The notes under the pieces: generated by a model | What the model was told of the DNA's origin: nothing | What the model saw: only the letters and a program-made list of their open reading frames with translations | Databases searched by the model: none | Made by a program: the position numbers and the translations under genes | Part shown: in pieces, positions 1-8,507 of the stretch | Layout of the letters: every line of letters begins with the position of its first letter | Position numbering within the stretch: position 1 is the stretch's first letter | Assembly: GCA_044343545.1 (NCBI GenBank) | Contig: JAWBZR010000001.1 | Span: 23,992-87,991 of the forward strand | Direction of reading: 5' to 3' | Length of the DNA: 64,000 bases | From: Candidatus Aenigmatarchaeota archaeon | Lineage (GTDB): Archaea; Aenigmatarchaeota; Aenigmatarchaeia; CG10238-14

Positions 1-336
1 GAAAATAACTGCATATCAAGATTAATCGGAAGGGAAGGTAGAAATATAAGCGAGATAGAGAGAAAACTTGGAATAAAGATAGATGTTGAGCCAAAGATTT
101 TGAGTATTGGAAGGGAGGTTGAATATAAAATAATAGAATCCGGAAATTCTATTATTTTCGTTTTCGAAAAATCGTTAAGGGGGAAACAAGTTTCTATTTA
201 TGTTGAAAATGACTTCCTAGTTTCTGCTACGGTGGGAAAGAGGAACGAAATAAAAATAACCAAATCTTCAGAGATAGGGAAAGAATTGATAAAGGGTCTT
301 GCGAACAAGAAGCCTATAAAAGTTTTGGTCGGTTAA
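1..336 (+). CDS. PINc/VapC-family ATPase (PINA), C-terminal KH-domain part; 5'-truncated by window edge
   Basis: Frame 1 is open from base 1: ENNCISRLIGREGRNISEIERKLGIKIDVEP (KH GxxG motif), then the PINA-like tail ATVGKRNEIKITKSSEIG. Confidence 0.8.
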   Translation, partial: ENNCISRLIGREGRNISEIERKLGIKIDVEPKILSIGREVEYKIIESGNSIIFVFEKSLRGKQVSIYVENDFLVSATVGKRNEIKITKSSEIGKELIKGLANKKPIKVLVG

Positions 337-340
337 AAGA

Positions 341-403
341 GCGGCTCAAAAACTACCTCGCCTTTCATCAAATCAAACCGGGATGGTGATATCATTGCCG
401 CCC
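341..403 (-). ncRNA. Candidate box C/D guide sRNA
   Basis: Minus strand reads GGGCGGC-AAUGAUA-UCACCAUCCCGGU-UUGA-UU-UGAUGA-AAGGCGAGGUAGUUU-UUGA-GCCGC: terminal GCGGC/GCCGC stem, C/D'/C'/D-like boxes, two guide-length spacers, GC-rich in an AT-rich intergenic region. Confidence 0.55.
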
Positions 404-428
404 AAATAATGATTTATGATGAGGGTAT

Positions 429-617
429 TTATTTTTTGCTCTCCATCAACTTCGTCACATAACCAGCAATTTTATTTCTCAAAGTTTTAGAGGTTATTTT
501 CACCAGCTCGTCCAATACTTTTTTGTTAGTTTCAAAGTCGTCAGAGAATTTATGAGGAAACATTTTTACCAGTTTTTCAGAAAAATTTTTTATTTGCGCT
601 GTTTTTATATTTCCCAT
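429..617 (-). CDS. rps17e: 30S ribosomal protein S17e
   Basis: MGNIKT...FSDDFETNKK...SKTLRNKIAGYVT; probable ATG at 617. Confidence 0.95.
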   Translation of the reverse strand: MGNIKTAQIKNFSEKLVKMFPHKFSDDFETNKKVLDELVKITSKTLRNKIAGYVTKLMESKK

Positions 618-680
618 TCCTTCACCTTCCAAAATAAATAACCTTCTTATTTTAAGAATTTAAAGGTTTTATGATTAATT

Positions 681-1922
681 ATGGTTACTTATTCTGAAAT
701 AATTGAGTATTACTCAAAAAAGGAAGTTCAAAAAGCCATGGTTGAGTTCGCGAAAAATAGAGAAGTTGTGGGTGTTTATTCTAGTGGAAGTTTTGATAAA
801 AGGCCGAACATAATTTCATTTGAAGAAGATATACTTCAGCTCGTTAAAAAAGGTATAGTGGCTTTTCATTGCTCGGTAGAAAGATGGAGCAACGCGATGA
901 AGCTTGACGTGAACATGACAGTAAAAGAAATGGAAGATCTAAGGATAGGTTGGGATTTGGTTATAGATCCTGACTGTCCATTCGAGCTTTCTAAGATCGC
1001 AACTAGAAAAATTGTCGAAATGCTAGAAGAGTATAAAATAAGATGCTATTCGGTTAAATTCACGGGCGGAAAAAGTTTTCATATATTTTTGCCCTTTGAA
1101 GCTTTCCCTAAAAAATTAAACAACAAACCTCTAAATGCACTTTATCCTGAAGTACCAAAAATCTTGTTAGAATATATTAAAAGTTATATAAAGGATGAGT
1201 TAAGGGATGAGATCTTAGGGACTTATAGTTTGAAAGATGTTGGAAAAATAGTTGGAAAACCACAAGAAGAATTGTTGAATGGAGACGAGTTTGATCCTTT
1301 CAAGGCAGTAAGTTTGGATACTGCTATAGCCTCGCCACGTCACCTGTTTAGAATGCCATATTCGCTTCATGAAAAAAACTTACTGGTTAGCTTGCCGGTT
1401 GAAGACGTGGAAAATTTTGAAAGAGAAGATGCAAGTATAGAAAATTTTAAATATAAAGGAAGTTTTATGAAAGAGGTTAAGGCTTTTGAAGCAGCTGGGT
1501 TGCTTATAGATGCTATGGATTTTGCAAAAAAAATTGAGCCTGAAATAAGAAAAGAAAAAATAAACGTGACAAAAAAGGGAAAATATTTTGGTAAGGAAAG
1601 TTTTCCGCCATGCATTAAAAAATTATTAATGGGAGGGTTAAGCGACGGAAGAAAAAGAGGCCTTTTCATTTTAATAACATTTTTAAGGAATGCTGGGTGG
1701 AATTGGGAGCAAATAGAAAATGAAATAAACGAGTGGAACTCGAAAAACAAACCACTTTCTGCAAGATATATAAACACTCAGATAAGGTGGTTCAAGCAGC
1801 AAAAAAAAGAATTATTACCTCCTAATTGCAATCATCCATTTTATAAGGAGCTTGGGTTGTGTGAAGGGTGTGAAGACATAAAAAATCCATTGAATTATCT
1901 TTCCAAGCGAAGAAAGTCTTAG
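681..1922 (+). CDS. Fused DNA primase (PriS catalytic domain plus PriL C-terminal domain)
   Basis: WDLVIDPD (DxD), KFTGGKSFH, RHLFRMPYSLH (PriS motifs); FPPCIKKLL..GLSDGRKR..LPPNC...C..C (PriL C-terminal motifs). Confidence 0.9.
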   Translation: MVTYSEIIEYYSKKEVQKAMVEFAKNREVVGVYSSGSFDKRPNIISFEEDILQLVKKGIVAFHCSVERWSNAMKLDVNMTVKEMEDLRIGWDLVIDPDCPFELSKIATRKIVEMLEEYKIRCYSVKFTGGKSFHIFLPFEAFPKKLNNKPLNALYPEVPKILLEYIKSYIKDELRDEILGTYSLKDVGKIVGKPQEELLNGDEFDPFKAVSLDTAIASPRHLFRMPYSLHEKNLLVSLPVEDVENFEREDASIENFKYKGSFMKEVKAFEAAGLLIDAMDFAKKIEPEIRKEKINVTKKGKYFGKESFPPCIKKLLMGGLSDGRKRGLFILITFLRNAGWNWEQIENEINEWNSKNKPLSARYINTQIRWFKQQKKELLPPNCNHPFYKELGLCEGCEDIKNPLNYLSKRRKS

Positions 1923-1962
1923 CTAAGCGTCTATTTTAATTTTAAACCATAAATTCTAAATT

Positions 1963-2493
1963 ATGGAAGAGGCTATTACATTCGAATATATAAGAGAGGT
2001 TCAGAGAAGTGAGCAAAGAAGTCAACAGTTGAGCAAGTTACCAGATGATTTTTTTGAAAAGGTAAAGGAATATATTTCTAGAAAAAGAGAACTTGCAAAA
2101 AAGAACGATGATGCTCTTTTGGAGATAAAAAACATTGAAAGAATAATAGAAGATATTTACAATAGAAGGGAAAATAAAATAGTTTCTCTTGCCATACTTT
2201 CAGTTAGAACAGGCCTTATACCTGCAAATATGCTACCTCATGAAGAGGAGTTGTTTGAGCAGCTAACAAAATCGTTGAGAAAAAGTAGGGTATTCTTGGA
2301 TAATTTGCTGGAGAAACCTTTAAGAAAGCAAACTGATTATATAAAATTAGAATTTTTAGAAGAAATAGAAGAGTTCGTAGGCATAGATTTAAAAAAATTC
2401 GGTCCATACAATAAAGGAGATAAAGCATTGATACCAAAAGAAAATGCAGAATTGTTTATAAAAGCAGGAAAAGCTAAAAGGGTGGATGAATGA
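1963..2493 (+). CDS. DNA replication complex GINS subunit (Gins51/15 type)
   Basis: [17 protein letters not shown]-terminal B domain [16 protein letters not shown]...[10 protein letters not shown]; conserved position between primase and L44e. Confidence 0.85.
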   Translation: MEEAITFEYIREVQRSEQRSQQLSKLPDDFFEKVKEYISRKRELAKKNDDALLEIKNIERIIEDIYNRRENKIVSLAILSVRTGLIPANMLPHEEELFEQLTKSLRKSRVFLDNLLEKPLRKQTDYIKLEFLEEIEEFVGIDLKKFGPYNKGDKALIPKENAELFIKAGKAKRVDE

Positions 2494-2771
2494 ACTATCC
2501 TCAACAAATGAAGACATTTTGTAAATTTTGTAAGAAACATACCTTGCATACTGTGGAAATTGTGAAAAAAAAGCCAAGAAGAACATTAGCTCAAGGCCAA
2601 AGAAGATATCTAAGAAAGCTTAAAGGCTATACAAGCTTTCCGAGGCCAAAACCTGAACATGAAAAGGCTGTAAAAAAAGTTGATTTGAGATTTAAATGTA
2701 GTGTTTGTGGGAAAAAGCATACAAGAGGTGAAGGTTTCAGGTCTAAAAAATTCCAACTGAAAAAGGTGTGA
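2490..2771 (+). CDS. rpl44e: 50S ribosomal protein L44e
   Basis: [11 protein letters not shown]...[14 protein letters not shown]. Confidence 0.95.
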   Translation: MNYPQQMKTFCKFCKKHTLHTVEIVKKKPRRTLAQGQRRYLRKLKGYTSFPRPKPEHEKAVKKVDLRFKCSVCGKKHTRGEGFRSKKFQLKKV

Positions 2772-2775
2772 GATT

Positions 2776-2961
2776 ATGGAAATTATACCTATGCCAAAAA
2801 GTAGATTTTTAAAAGTTCAATGTGAAAAATGCAAAAACGAACAAATAATATTCAATAAACCAGCAACTGTCGTGAAATGTTTGGTTTGCGAAAACGTTTT
2901 GGCAGAACCTACGGGCGGAATAGGTAAGATAAAAGCAAAGATTTTAAAGATAATTTCATAA
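2776..2961 (+). CDS. rps27e: 30S ribosomal protein S27e
   Basis: [20 protein letters not shown]...CLVC...LAEPTGG. Confidence 0.95.
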   Translation: MEIIPMPKSRFLKVQCEKCKNEQIIFNKPATVVKCLVCENVLAEPTGGIGKIKAKILKIIS

Positions 2962-2970
2962 GCTGATTTT

Positions 2971-4464
2971 ATGGCAAACTTGGAAACTATACAGAGACTT
3001 TGCGTAACGAGAGGTATAATATTTCCCACTGCAGAAATATATGGAGGTTTAAGTGGCTGCTTCGATTATGGCCCGATTGGTGTAGCAATAAAAAGAAATT
3101 TCTTGAATTATTGGAGGGAATGGTTTATAAAAAGTGAAGAAAACATCGCAGAGATGGATGGGGCAGTGATATTACCAGAAAAGGTATTGATAGCATCCGG
3201 CCATGTAAGCTCGTTTGTAGATCCGATCACACAATGTAAAAAATGCAAAAGCATATATAGAGCAGACAATTTAATTGAAGAAAAAACTGGAAAATTTGTT
3301 GAGGGTAAATCAGTGGAAGAGTTGACAAAAATAATAAAGGAAGAAAATATTGTTTGTCCGAGCTGCAAAGGAGAATTGAGTGATGTAAAATTTTTCAATC
3401 TCATGTTCAAGACTTTTGTCGGACCTGCTGGCGATATTCCTGCCTATTTAAGGCCTGAAACTGCTCAAAACATATTCATTAATTTCAAACGTATTTTTCG
3501 TTTAATGAGAGGTAAGTTGCCTCTTGGCATAGCTCAACACGGTCATGCCTTTAGAAATGAAATATCAGCAAGACAGTTTATTATACGTTCAAGAGAGTTC
3601 AATCAGATTGAAATAGAAATGTTTTTTGACCCAGAAAACGAGGGTTGCGAAAATTTTGAAAAGGTGAAAAATGTCGAAATAATCCTCTTAACACGAGAGG
3701 CTCAAATAAAAGGGGGCAATGCGATAAAAATTAAGGTGGGTGATGCGGTAGAAAAAAAGATTTTACCAAACAAGTGGATGGGTTATTTCTTGGCTAAGGA
3801 ATTTGAATTTTTCAAATCTCTAGGCATAAAAGAAGAAAATATGCGGTTTAGGCACATGCTACCTGAAGAAACGCCACACTATTCTGGAGGTAATTTTGAC
3901 TTGGAAGTAAAGTTTGACTTTGGTTGGAAGGAAATTGTTGGAAATGCTTACAGAACAGATCATGACCTCAAAAATCATTCCAAATTCTCAAAGGAAGATC
4001 TTAGTGTCTCGATTAACGGCAAAAAGATTATTCCTCACGTTGTCGAACCATCCTTTGGATTGGAAAGGATTTTGTATGCGATTTTGCTTGAAAGTTTTGT
4101 AGAAGACAAAGAAAGAGGGTGGAATTGGCTCAAATTACCGAAAATGTTGGCACCTTTCATTGCTTGTGTTTATCCACTTGTTAGCAAGGATAACTTACCT
4201 GAAAAGGCAAGAGAAGTTTATGAGATGTTAAAGAAAGATTTTGATGTATTTTTTGATGAGAGTGGTTCTATTGGAAAAAGATATGCAAGAGCGGATGAAA
4301 TAGGTGTACCATTCTGCATAACTATAGATTACCAAACATTAAAAGATGGCACAGTCACCGTAAGAGATAGGGACACGACAAAACAAATAAGAATAAAGAT
4401 TGACGAATTACCAGAGTTTTTAAATTCAATAAAGAAAAAACAAAATAAAAACCAAAATTTTTAA
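2971..4464 (+). CDS. glyS: Glycine--tRNA ligase (alpha2 type)
   Basis: EIYGG..DYGPIG, YLRPETAQNIF, FRNEIS, REFNQIEIE, VVEPSFGLER, SIGKRYARADEIG. Confidence 0.96.
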   Translation: MANLETIQRLCVTRGIIFPTAEIYGGLSGCFDYGPIGVAIKRNFLNYWREWFIKSEENIAEMDGAVILPEKVLIASGHVSSFVDPITQCKKCKSIYRADNLIEEKTGKFVEGKSVEELTKIIKEENIVCPSCKGELSDVKFFNLMFKTFVGPAGDIPAYLRPETAQNIFINFKRIFRLMRGKLPLGIAQHGHAFRNEISARQFIIRSREFNQIEIEMFFDPENEGCENFEKVKNVEIILLTREAQIKGGNAIKIKVGDAVEKKILPNKWMGYFLAKEFEFFKSLGIKEENMRFRHMLPEETPHYSGGNFDLEVKFDFGWKEIVGNAYRTDHDLKNHSKFSKEDLSVSINGKKIIPHVVEPSFGLERILYAILLESFVEDKERGWNWLKLPKMLAPFIACVYPLVSKDNLPEKAREVYEMLKKDFDVFFDESGSIGKRYARADEIGVPFCITIDYQTLKDGTVTVRDRDTTKQIRIKIDELPEFLNSIKKKQNKNQNF

Positions 4465-4470
4465 ATGATT

Positions 4471-4665
4471 TTATTTTTTTCTCAAGAAAGGCAAGCCGGT
4501 TTTTGGATTTTCAACAACCTTGTAGCCTGATGGCAAGTCAATTGCTCCTTTTGCATCTTTGCTAAAATAGTAAATTGTTTGCATCTTTCCTGTACTTTTT
4601 AGCTTTACCGTCTTTGAATGCAAATAGTATTTTTGGCCTTTCTTGTTTTTATACTCAAATGCCAC
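4471..4665 (-). CDS. Small basic conserved hypothetical protein (64 aa)
   Basis: GTG start with GGGGTGA SD; YYLHSK..QTIYYFSK..LPSGYKVVENPKTGLPFL resembles a small family I recall from CPR/DPANN genomes. Confidence 0.75.
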   Translation of the reverse strand: MAFEYKNKKGQKYYLHSKTVKLKSTGKMQTIYYFSKDAKGAIDLPSGYKVVENPKTGLPFLRKK

Positions 4666-4732
4666 TCATTATCACCCCTAAGCATATATTTGATATCGAA
4701 TATATAAAAATATTTTAGAAAATTCAGGTTTT

Positions 4733-4900
4733 TCAAATAAAAAACAGCAAAAAACCCAGGGCCATAAGAAGTAAACCAAAAATTACTATGGCATTGCTTA
4801 TTGCCAGCGGTTGATGTCCTATTGTAGTAGTTAAAAATAAAATAGTGGCTATGCCTACTATTATAAAGCCGACACCAAACAATTTTGTTAGAAACGGCAT
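4733..4900 (-). CDS. Small 2-TM membrane protein (55 aa; not in ORF track)
   Basis: MPFLTKLFGVGFIIVGIATILFLTTTIGHQPLAISNAIVIFGLLLMALGFLLFFI*; its ATG directly follows the TAA of the upstream ORF. Confidence 0.65.
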   Translation of the reverse strand: MPFLTKLFGVGFIIVGIATILFLTTTIGHQPLAISNAIVIFGLLLMALGFLLFFI

Positions 4901-5059
4901 TTAAAACACTTTCATCGCTATTACTCCTAATACAATTAGGATTGGACCAAATATAAGCTTAATTGTCATCTTGCCATAATCACTTTCAAAATACAATGAA
5001 AACGTTATCAAAGCGCCATAAAAAAATGCCAACGCCCCTATGATTTTAATAATGAGCAT
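4901..5059 (-). CDS. Small 2-TM membrane protein (52 aa; not in ORF track)
   Basis: MLIIKIIGALAFFYGALITFSLYFESDYGKMTIKLIFGPILIVLGVIAMKVF*. Confidence 0.65.
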   Translation of the reverse strand: MLIIKIIGALAFFYGALITFSLYFESDYGKMTIKLIFGPILIVLGVIAMKVF

Positions 5060-5105
5060 AAATAAAATAATATTTAATGCAAAACAATAAAAGGTTGATG
5101 ATTCT

Positions 5106-5645
5106 ATGCCAATGTTTGCAAGGACAAAAATGATTCTTCAGGATGATTGCTGGGATATAGCAGCTCAACCTGTACTAACTTTAGAGTATTCTGGTCCAAA
5201 TCCTCATTTAGCATATCAAAAAATAAGAGAATTATTCAGAACTGTTTTAAATGTCAAAGAGAGTGAGCGTGTGCAGGAAAGAGAATTTACATGGAATAAA
5301 AAAGGTAATAGGGAAGATTTTAGTGTTAGTTGGGATGTTGCGAAAGATTTAGATAGGTTTTCTTATATTTTTTTGAGAATTTCCATGAGTGGCTCTGCTG
5401 AAGAAAAAGAAGGTGGAAGAGAAGGAAAACTCACTGTAAGCATAGAAGGTTTTTTGAGGACAGAATATCCGCAAGATACATTATGGGAGAGAAGCATTTT
5501 TTATGAGATGATAAGGATGTTTTGGCATAAGGTTGTTTATTATGATAAAAGAAGGGAATATATGGATATATGTAGAACTTTAATGTCAAGATTCGTCAAT
5601 GAGCTCAAGTCGTTCTTCAATATATTACCAAAGGTGATTACATAA
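5106..5645 (+). CDS. Hypothetical protein, paralog A of a tandem pair
   Basis: Shares DDC, Y.GPNP..AY.KI..L.R, EREF.W, G.L...I.G.L and FNILP motifs with the next gene. Confidence 0.8.
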   Translation: MPMFARTKMILQDDCWDIAAQPVLTLEYSGPNPHLAYQKIRELFRTVLNVKESERVQEREFTWNKKGNREDFSVSWDVAKDLDRFSYIFLRISMSGSAEEKEGGREGKLTVSIEGFLRTEYPQDTLWERSIFYEMIRMFWHKVVYYDKRREYMDICRTLMSRFVNELKSFFNILPKVIT

Positions 5646-5646
5646 G

Positions 5647-6168
5647 ATGGCTGTAATAAAGATAGAAGATGATTGTCTAGCTCCTGATTTGCAAATAGTT
5701 TTGAGATACAAGGGACCTAACCCTTATGGAGCCTATCCCAAAATAAAAAAGTTGATGAGAGAAATATGGGAAGTTGAGTCAATATCTTTTTGGGAAAGAG
5801 AGTTTAGGTGGGATGCCACTGATGGTGGTTTTTTAATCAAATGTTATATAGAAAGAGGCATTGATAAATATACAAGAGTTTTAATAGAAGTTTTTCTTCA
5901 AGGCTCTCAACCCTCTGATCCAAATGGAGAAGGTAACTTGGAAATAAGAATTGGAGGATATTTGACAAGCACTTTTGGCGGTTCTAGTATTATAGATGAT
6001 GCGAAAAATCCTCTATTTAGATTGATGTTTTGGATATATTATAGATATTTTTACAAAAATCAGAGAAGCAAGTATTTAAACGATTGGTGCATAAATAGAA
6101 TTCAAAAATTAAAAACTTCCATACAAAAGATATTAAACATTTTGCCTCCTCAATCGACTATGCAATAA
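5647..6168 (+). CDS. Hypothetical protein, paralog B of a tandem pair
   Basis: EDDC, YKGPNPYGAYPKIKKLMR, EREFRW, GNLEIRIGGYL, LNILP; 1-nt gap from paralog A. Confidence 0.8.
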   Translation: MAVIKIEDDCLAPDLQIVLRYKGPNPYGAYPKIKKLMREIWEVESISFWEREFRWDATDGGFLIKCYIERGIDKYTRVLIEVFLQGSQPSDPNGEGNLEIRIGGYLTSTFGGSSIIDDAKNPLFRLMFWIYYRYFYKNQRSKYLNDWCINRIQKLKTSIQKILNILPPQSTMQ

Positions 6169-6199
6169 ATTTAAAGTAATAAAAATCCAAATTAAATTC

Positions 6200-6460
6200 A
6201 TGGGAATATTTGATAGATTTAGAAAAAAAGATGCCGAACTTGACCCTACATTGCCGACAATGCCTATTAACCAGCTACCAAAAACTCAAGAATCTGTGGA
6301 TGTCAAACCTTTAGACGTGAAAGAAGACTCGACAAAAATAAAAATGGATCTCATATTATCTGAATTAAGCAACTTAAAAATGCAATTAGAAATGATTAAT
6401 GAGAGACTAAAAATAATAGAAAAGAAAATAGAAGAAAAAGGAACAATAAAATATGTATAG
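6200..6460 (+). CDS. Hypothetical protein: amphipathic N-terminus, Pro-rich linker, C-terminal coiled coil
   Basis: MGIFDRFRKK; MDLILSELSNLKMQLEMINERLKIIEKKI heptads. Confidence 0.75.
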   Translation: MGIFDRFRKKDAELDPTLPTMPINQLPKTQESVDVKPLDVKEDSTKIKMDLILSELSNLKMQLEMINERLKIIEKKIEEKGTIKYV

Positions 6461-6830
6461 AATAATTATAATTGCCTTAATTTTTTGTTTGTTAATTTAT
6501 TATTTCAAGCAACAAAAAATTGAAATAACATATTTTTATTCCGAAGGTTGTGAATTGGTAAAAGAAACTAATCTAATAGTTGATAAAATTGAGCATGAAT
6601 TTAAAGATAGAGTGATTGTTAAAAAAATAAATGCTTTCAGCCCGAAAGATGATGAGGAAAGAAAAATTGTGGAAAAATTTAACGTGAAAGGTGTACCTAC
6701 TATTCTCATCAACGGAAGGGAGTATCACGATCCATTTAATTATACTGAGATGGAGAAAAATATTTGCAAGCAATTTTTGATAAAACCAAAAACTTGCCAA
6801 AAAATTTATTTGACAAATAATAAAATATGA
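6453..6830 (+). CDS. Membrane-anchored thioredoxin/glutaredoxin-fold protein (degenerate CxxC)
   Basis: N-terminal TM; YFYSEGCELV in place of CxxC; FNVKGVPTILING cis-Pro loop. Confidence 0.75.
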   Translation: MYRIIIIALIFCLLIYYFKQQKIEITYFYSEGCELVKETNLIVDKIEHEFKDRVIVKKINAFSPKDDEERKIVEKFNVKGVPTILINGREYHDPFNYTEMEKNICKQFLIKPKTCQKIYLTNNKI

Positions 6831-6833
6831 TTT

Positions 6834-8081
6834 ATGAAGAAATGCTTGCTAATCTTGATTGCCTTTTTTTTTATACCAATATGTTTATCTCAAAATTTTG
6901 ATGCATGGGCGGAGAGAGGCGGACCATTCACAATTGGTAAGCCGGAAAAAATTTTAATTTATGTAAAAAACAATGGTTTATCTTCGGATAGTTACTTTGT
7001 TGAAACAATAGAAATAAAGGCTTTTTATAATACTCATGATGTTTCAAACTTGTTAGTTGTAGATATGCCTTCAAATAGTATAAAAGATGTTGCTCCAAAC
7101 GAAACAAAATTAACTCAAGGTAGAATGATAATTCTTGGACCTGTCACAAGTGGTCGTATAAAACTTCGCATAGTAAATTCTGCATCTCAATACAAAGAAG
7201 TTGAATTGAGAGATATAAGGGCAGCTTATCCGCAGAGTTTACCTGAATTTAATTCTATGTATACATTCTTTATTTTAATTTCAGCATGCATAATTCTTTT
7301 AAAAAGTAGAACAAAGATGCTACTAGCTTTACTTCTTATACCTCTCGTTGAAGCAAGTTATATAAGCATTACAACCGATATTCAAGCGCCAGTTATATAT
7401 GAAAACGTAACATCACTCCAAACTACTCTCACGAACTCTGGTGACGAAGTTGCGAATGATGTGATAGTTACAATTATGTCAAAACATTTTTACTCTGACG
7501 ATATTTATTTTGGTTCATTAGCACCAAACAAACCAATAAAAAAGAGTGCTAACTTGTACTTGAGGACGGGTCTGAAAGAAGGTAGATATATTTGCATGGC
7601 TTTAACAAAATACAAAGATTTGAACGGTCATCCTTTCTCAGCTGTGAGTCCGATAGAAGTAATCTATAAAACAAGCACGATTTCCAAAATCTCATTAATA
7701 GCAAAAAATATTAAAATGGAAGAAAACGGAAAGGGTAAAATTGAAATTAAAGTTAAAAATAATGACATAAATCAATACAAAATAAACTTGACACTCTACT
7801 TGCCTGAAGAAATCAACACAAATAAAAATCAAATAGAATTATTGATGCTGCCAGGTTCTGAAAAAAATATTATATTTGAAGTTTCGAACTTTAACGCATT
7901 GAAAGGAAGTAATTATGTTTATTTTGCCGCCATAGATTATGAAGATACAAGACATTATTCTGAGTATTCGATAGGTTATATCGAGATTGTAGAGAAAAGC
8001 AAGATAAAACCTTCATATATTTTAGTGTTTTTGGTTTTATTAACTTCTCTAATTTTATTCTTTTATAGCAAAAGAAAGTAA
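6834..8081 (+). CDS. Surface protein with internal PEF-like sorting signal and COG1361/S-layer-like Ig domains
   Basis: N-terminal signal peptide; LPEF+TM+KSRTK at aa 136-161; second signal-like segment; LTNSGDEVANDV Ig-like motif; C-terminal TM plus KRK. Confidence 0.7.
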   Translation: MKKCLLILIAFFFIPICLSQNFDAWAERGGPFTIGKPEKILIYVKNNGLSSDSYFVETIEIKAFYNTHDVSNLLVVDMPSNSIKDVAPNETKLTQGRMIILGPVTSGRIKLRIVNSASQYKEVELRDIRAAYPQSLPEFNSMYTFFILISACIILLKSRTKMLLALLLIPLVEASYISITTDIQAPVIYENVTSLQTTLTNSGDEVANDVIVTIMSKHFYSDDIYFGSLAPNKPIKKSANLYLRTGLKEGRYICMALTKYKDLNGHPFSAVSPIEVIYKTSTISKISLIAKNIKMEENGKGKIEIKVKNNDINQYKINLTLYLPEEINTNKNQIELLMLPGSEKNIIFEVSNFNALKGSNYVYFAAIDYEDTRHYSEYSIGYIEIVEKSKIKPSYILVFLVLLTSLILFFYSKRK

Positions 8082-8117
8082 TAAATTTTATTATTTAAAA
8101 ATTTATTAATCGATAAA

Positions 8118-8498
8118 ATGGTAAAGGGAAAAAGAATGACCGTGCTAATATGGATAAGCATATGCATATTACTTGCTGTCATAGGACAAATATTTATGAA
8201 ATTAGGTACGAAAGATGTAAATGGTATAACCATAAAAAAACTAGCTTCAAAAGAAATAATATCCATAATATTTAACAAGTATGTATTTTTTGGTATGGTT
8301 TCTTACGCTGCTGGATGGTTTTTGTGGCTAATTGTTTTATCTCAAACGGAGTTAAGCTTCGCCTATCCCTTTCTTTCAATAAGTTATGCTTTAATAGCAA
8401 TAATATCTTGGCAATTTTTCGGTGAAACGATGAATATTACGAAGATGGTTGGTATAATTTTAATAATGATAGGTGTTATACTGCTAAACTTGAAATGA
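8118..8498 (+). CDS. EamA/SMR-like transporter (ArnE/ArnF-type flippase subunit)
   Basis: 4 TM; GQIFMKLG, LSQTELSFAYPFLSISY, FGET...GIILIMIGV. Confidence 0.85.
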   Translation: MVKGKRMTVLIWISICILLAVIGQIFMKLGTKDVNGITIKKLASKEIISIIFNKYVFFGMVSYAAGWFLWLIVLSQTELSFAYPFLSISYALIAIISWQFFGETMNITKMVGIILIMIGVILLNLK

Positions 8499-8507
8499 AG
8501 ATCTTTT

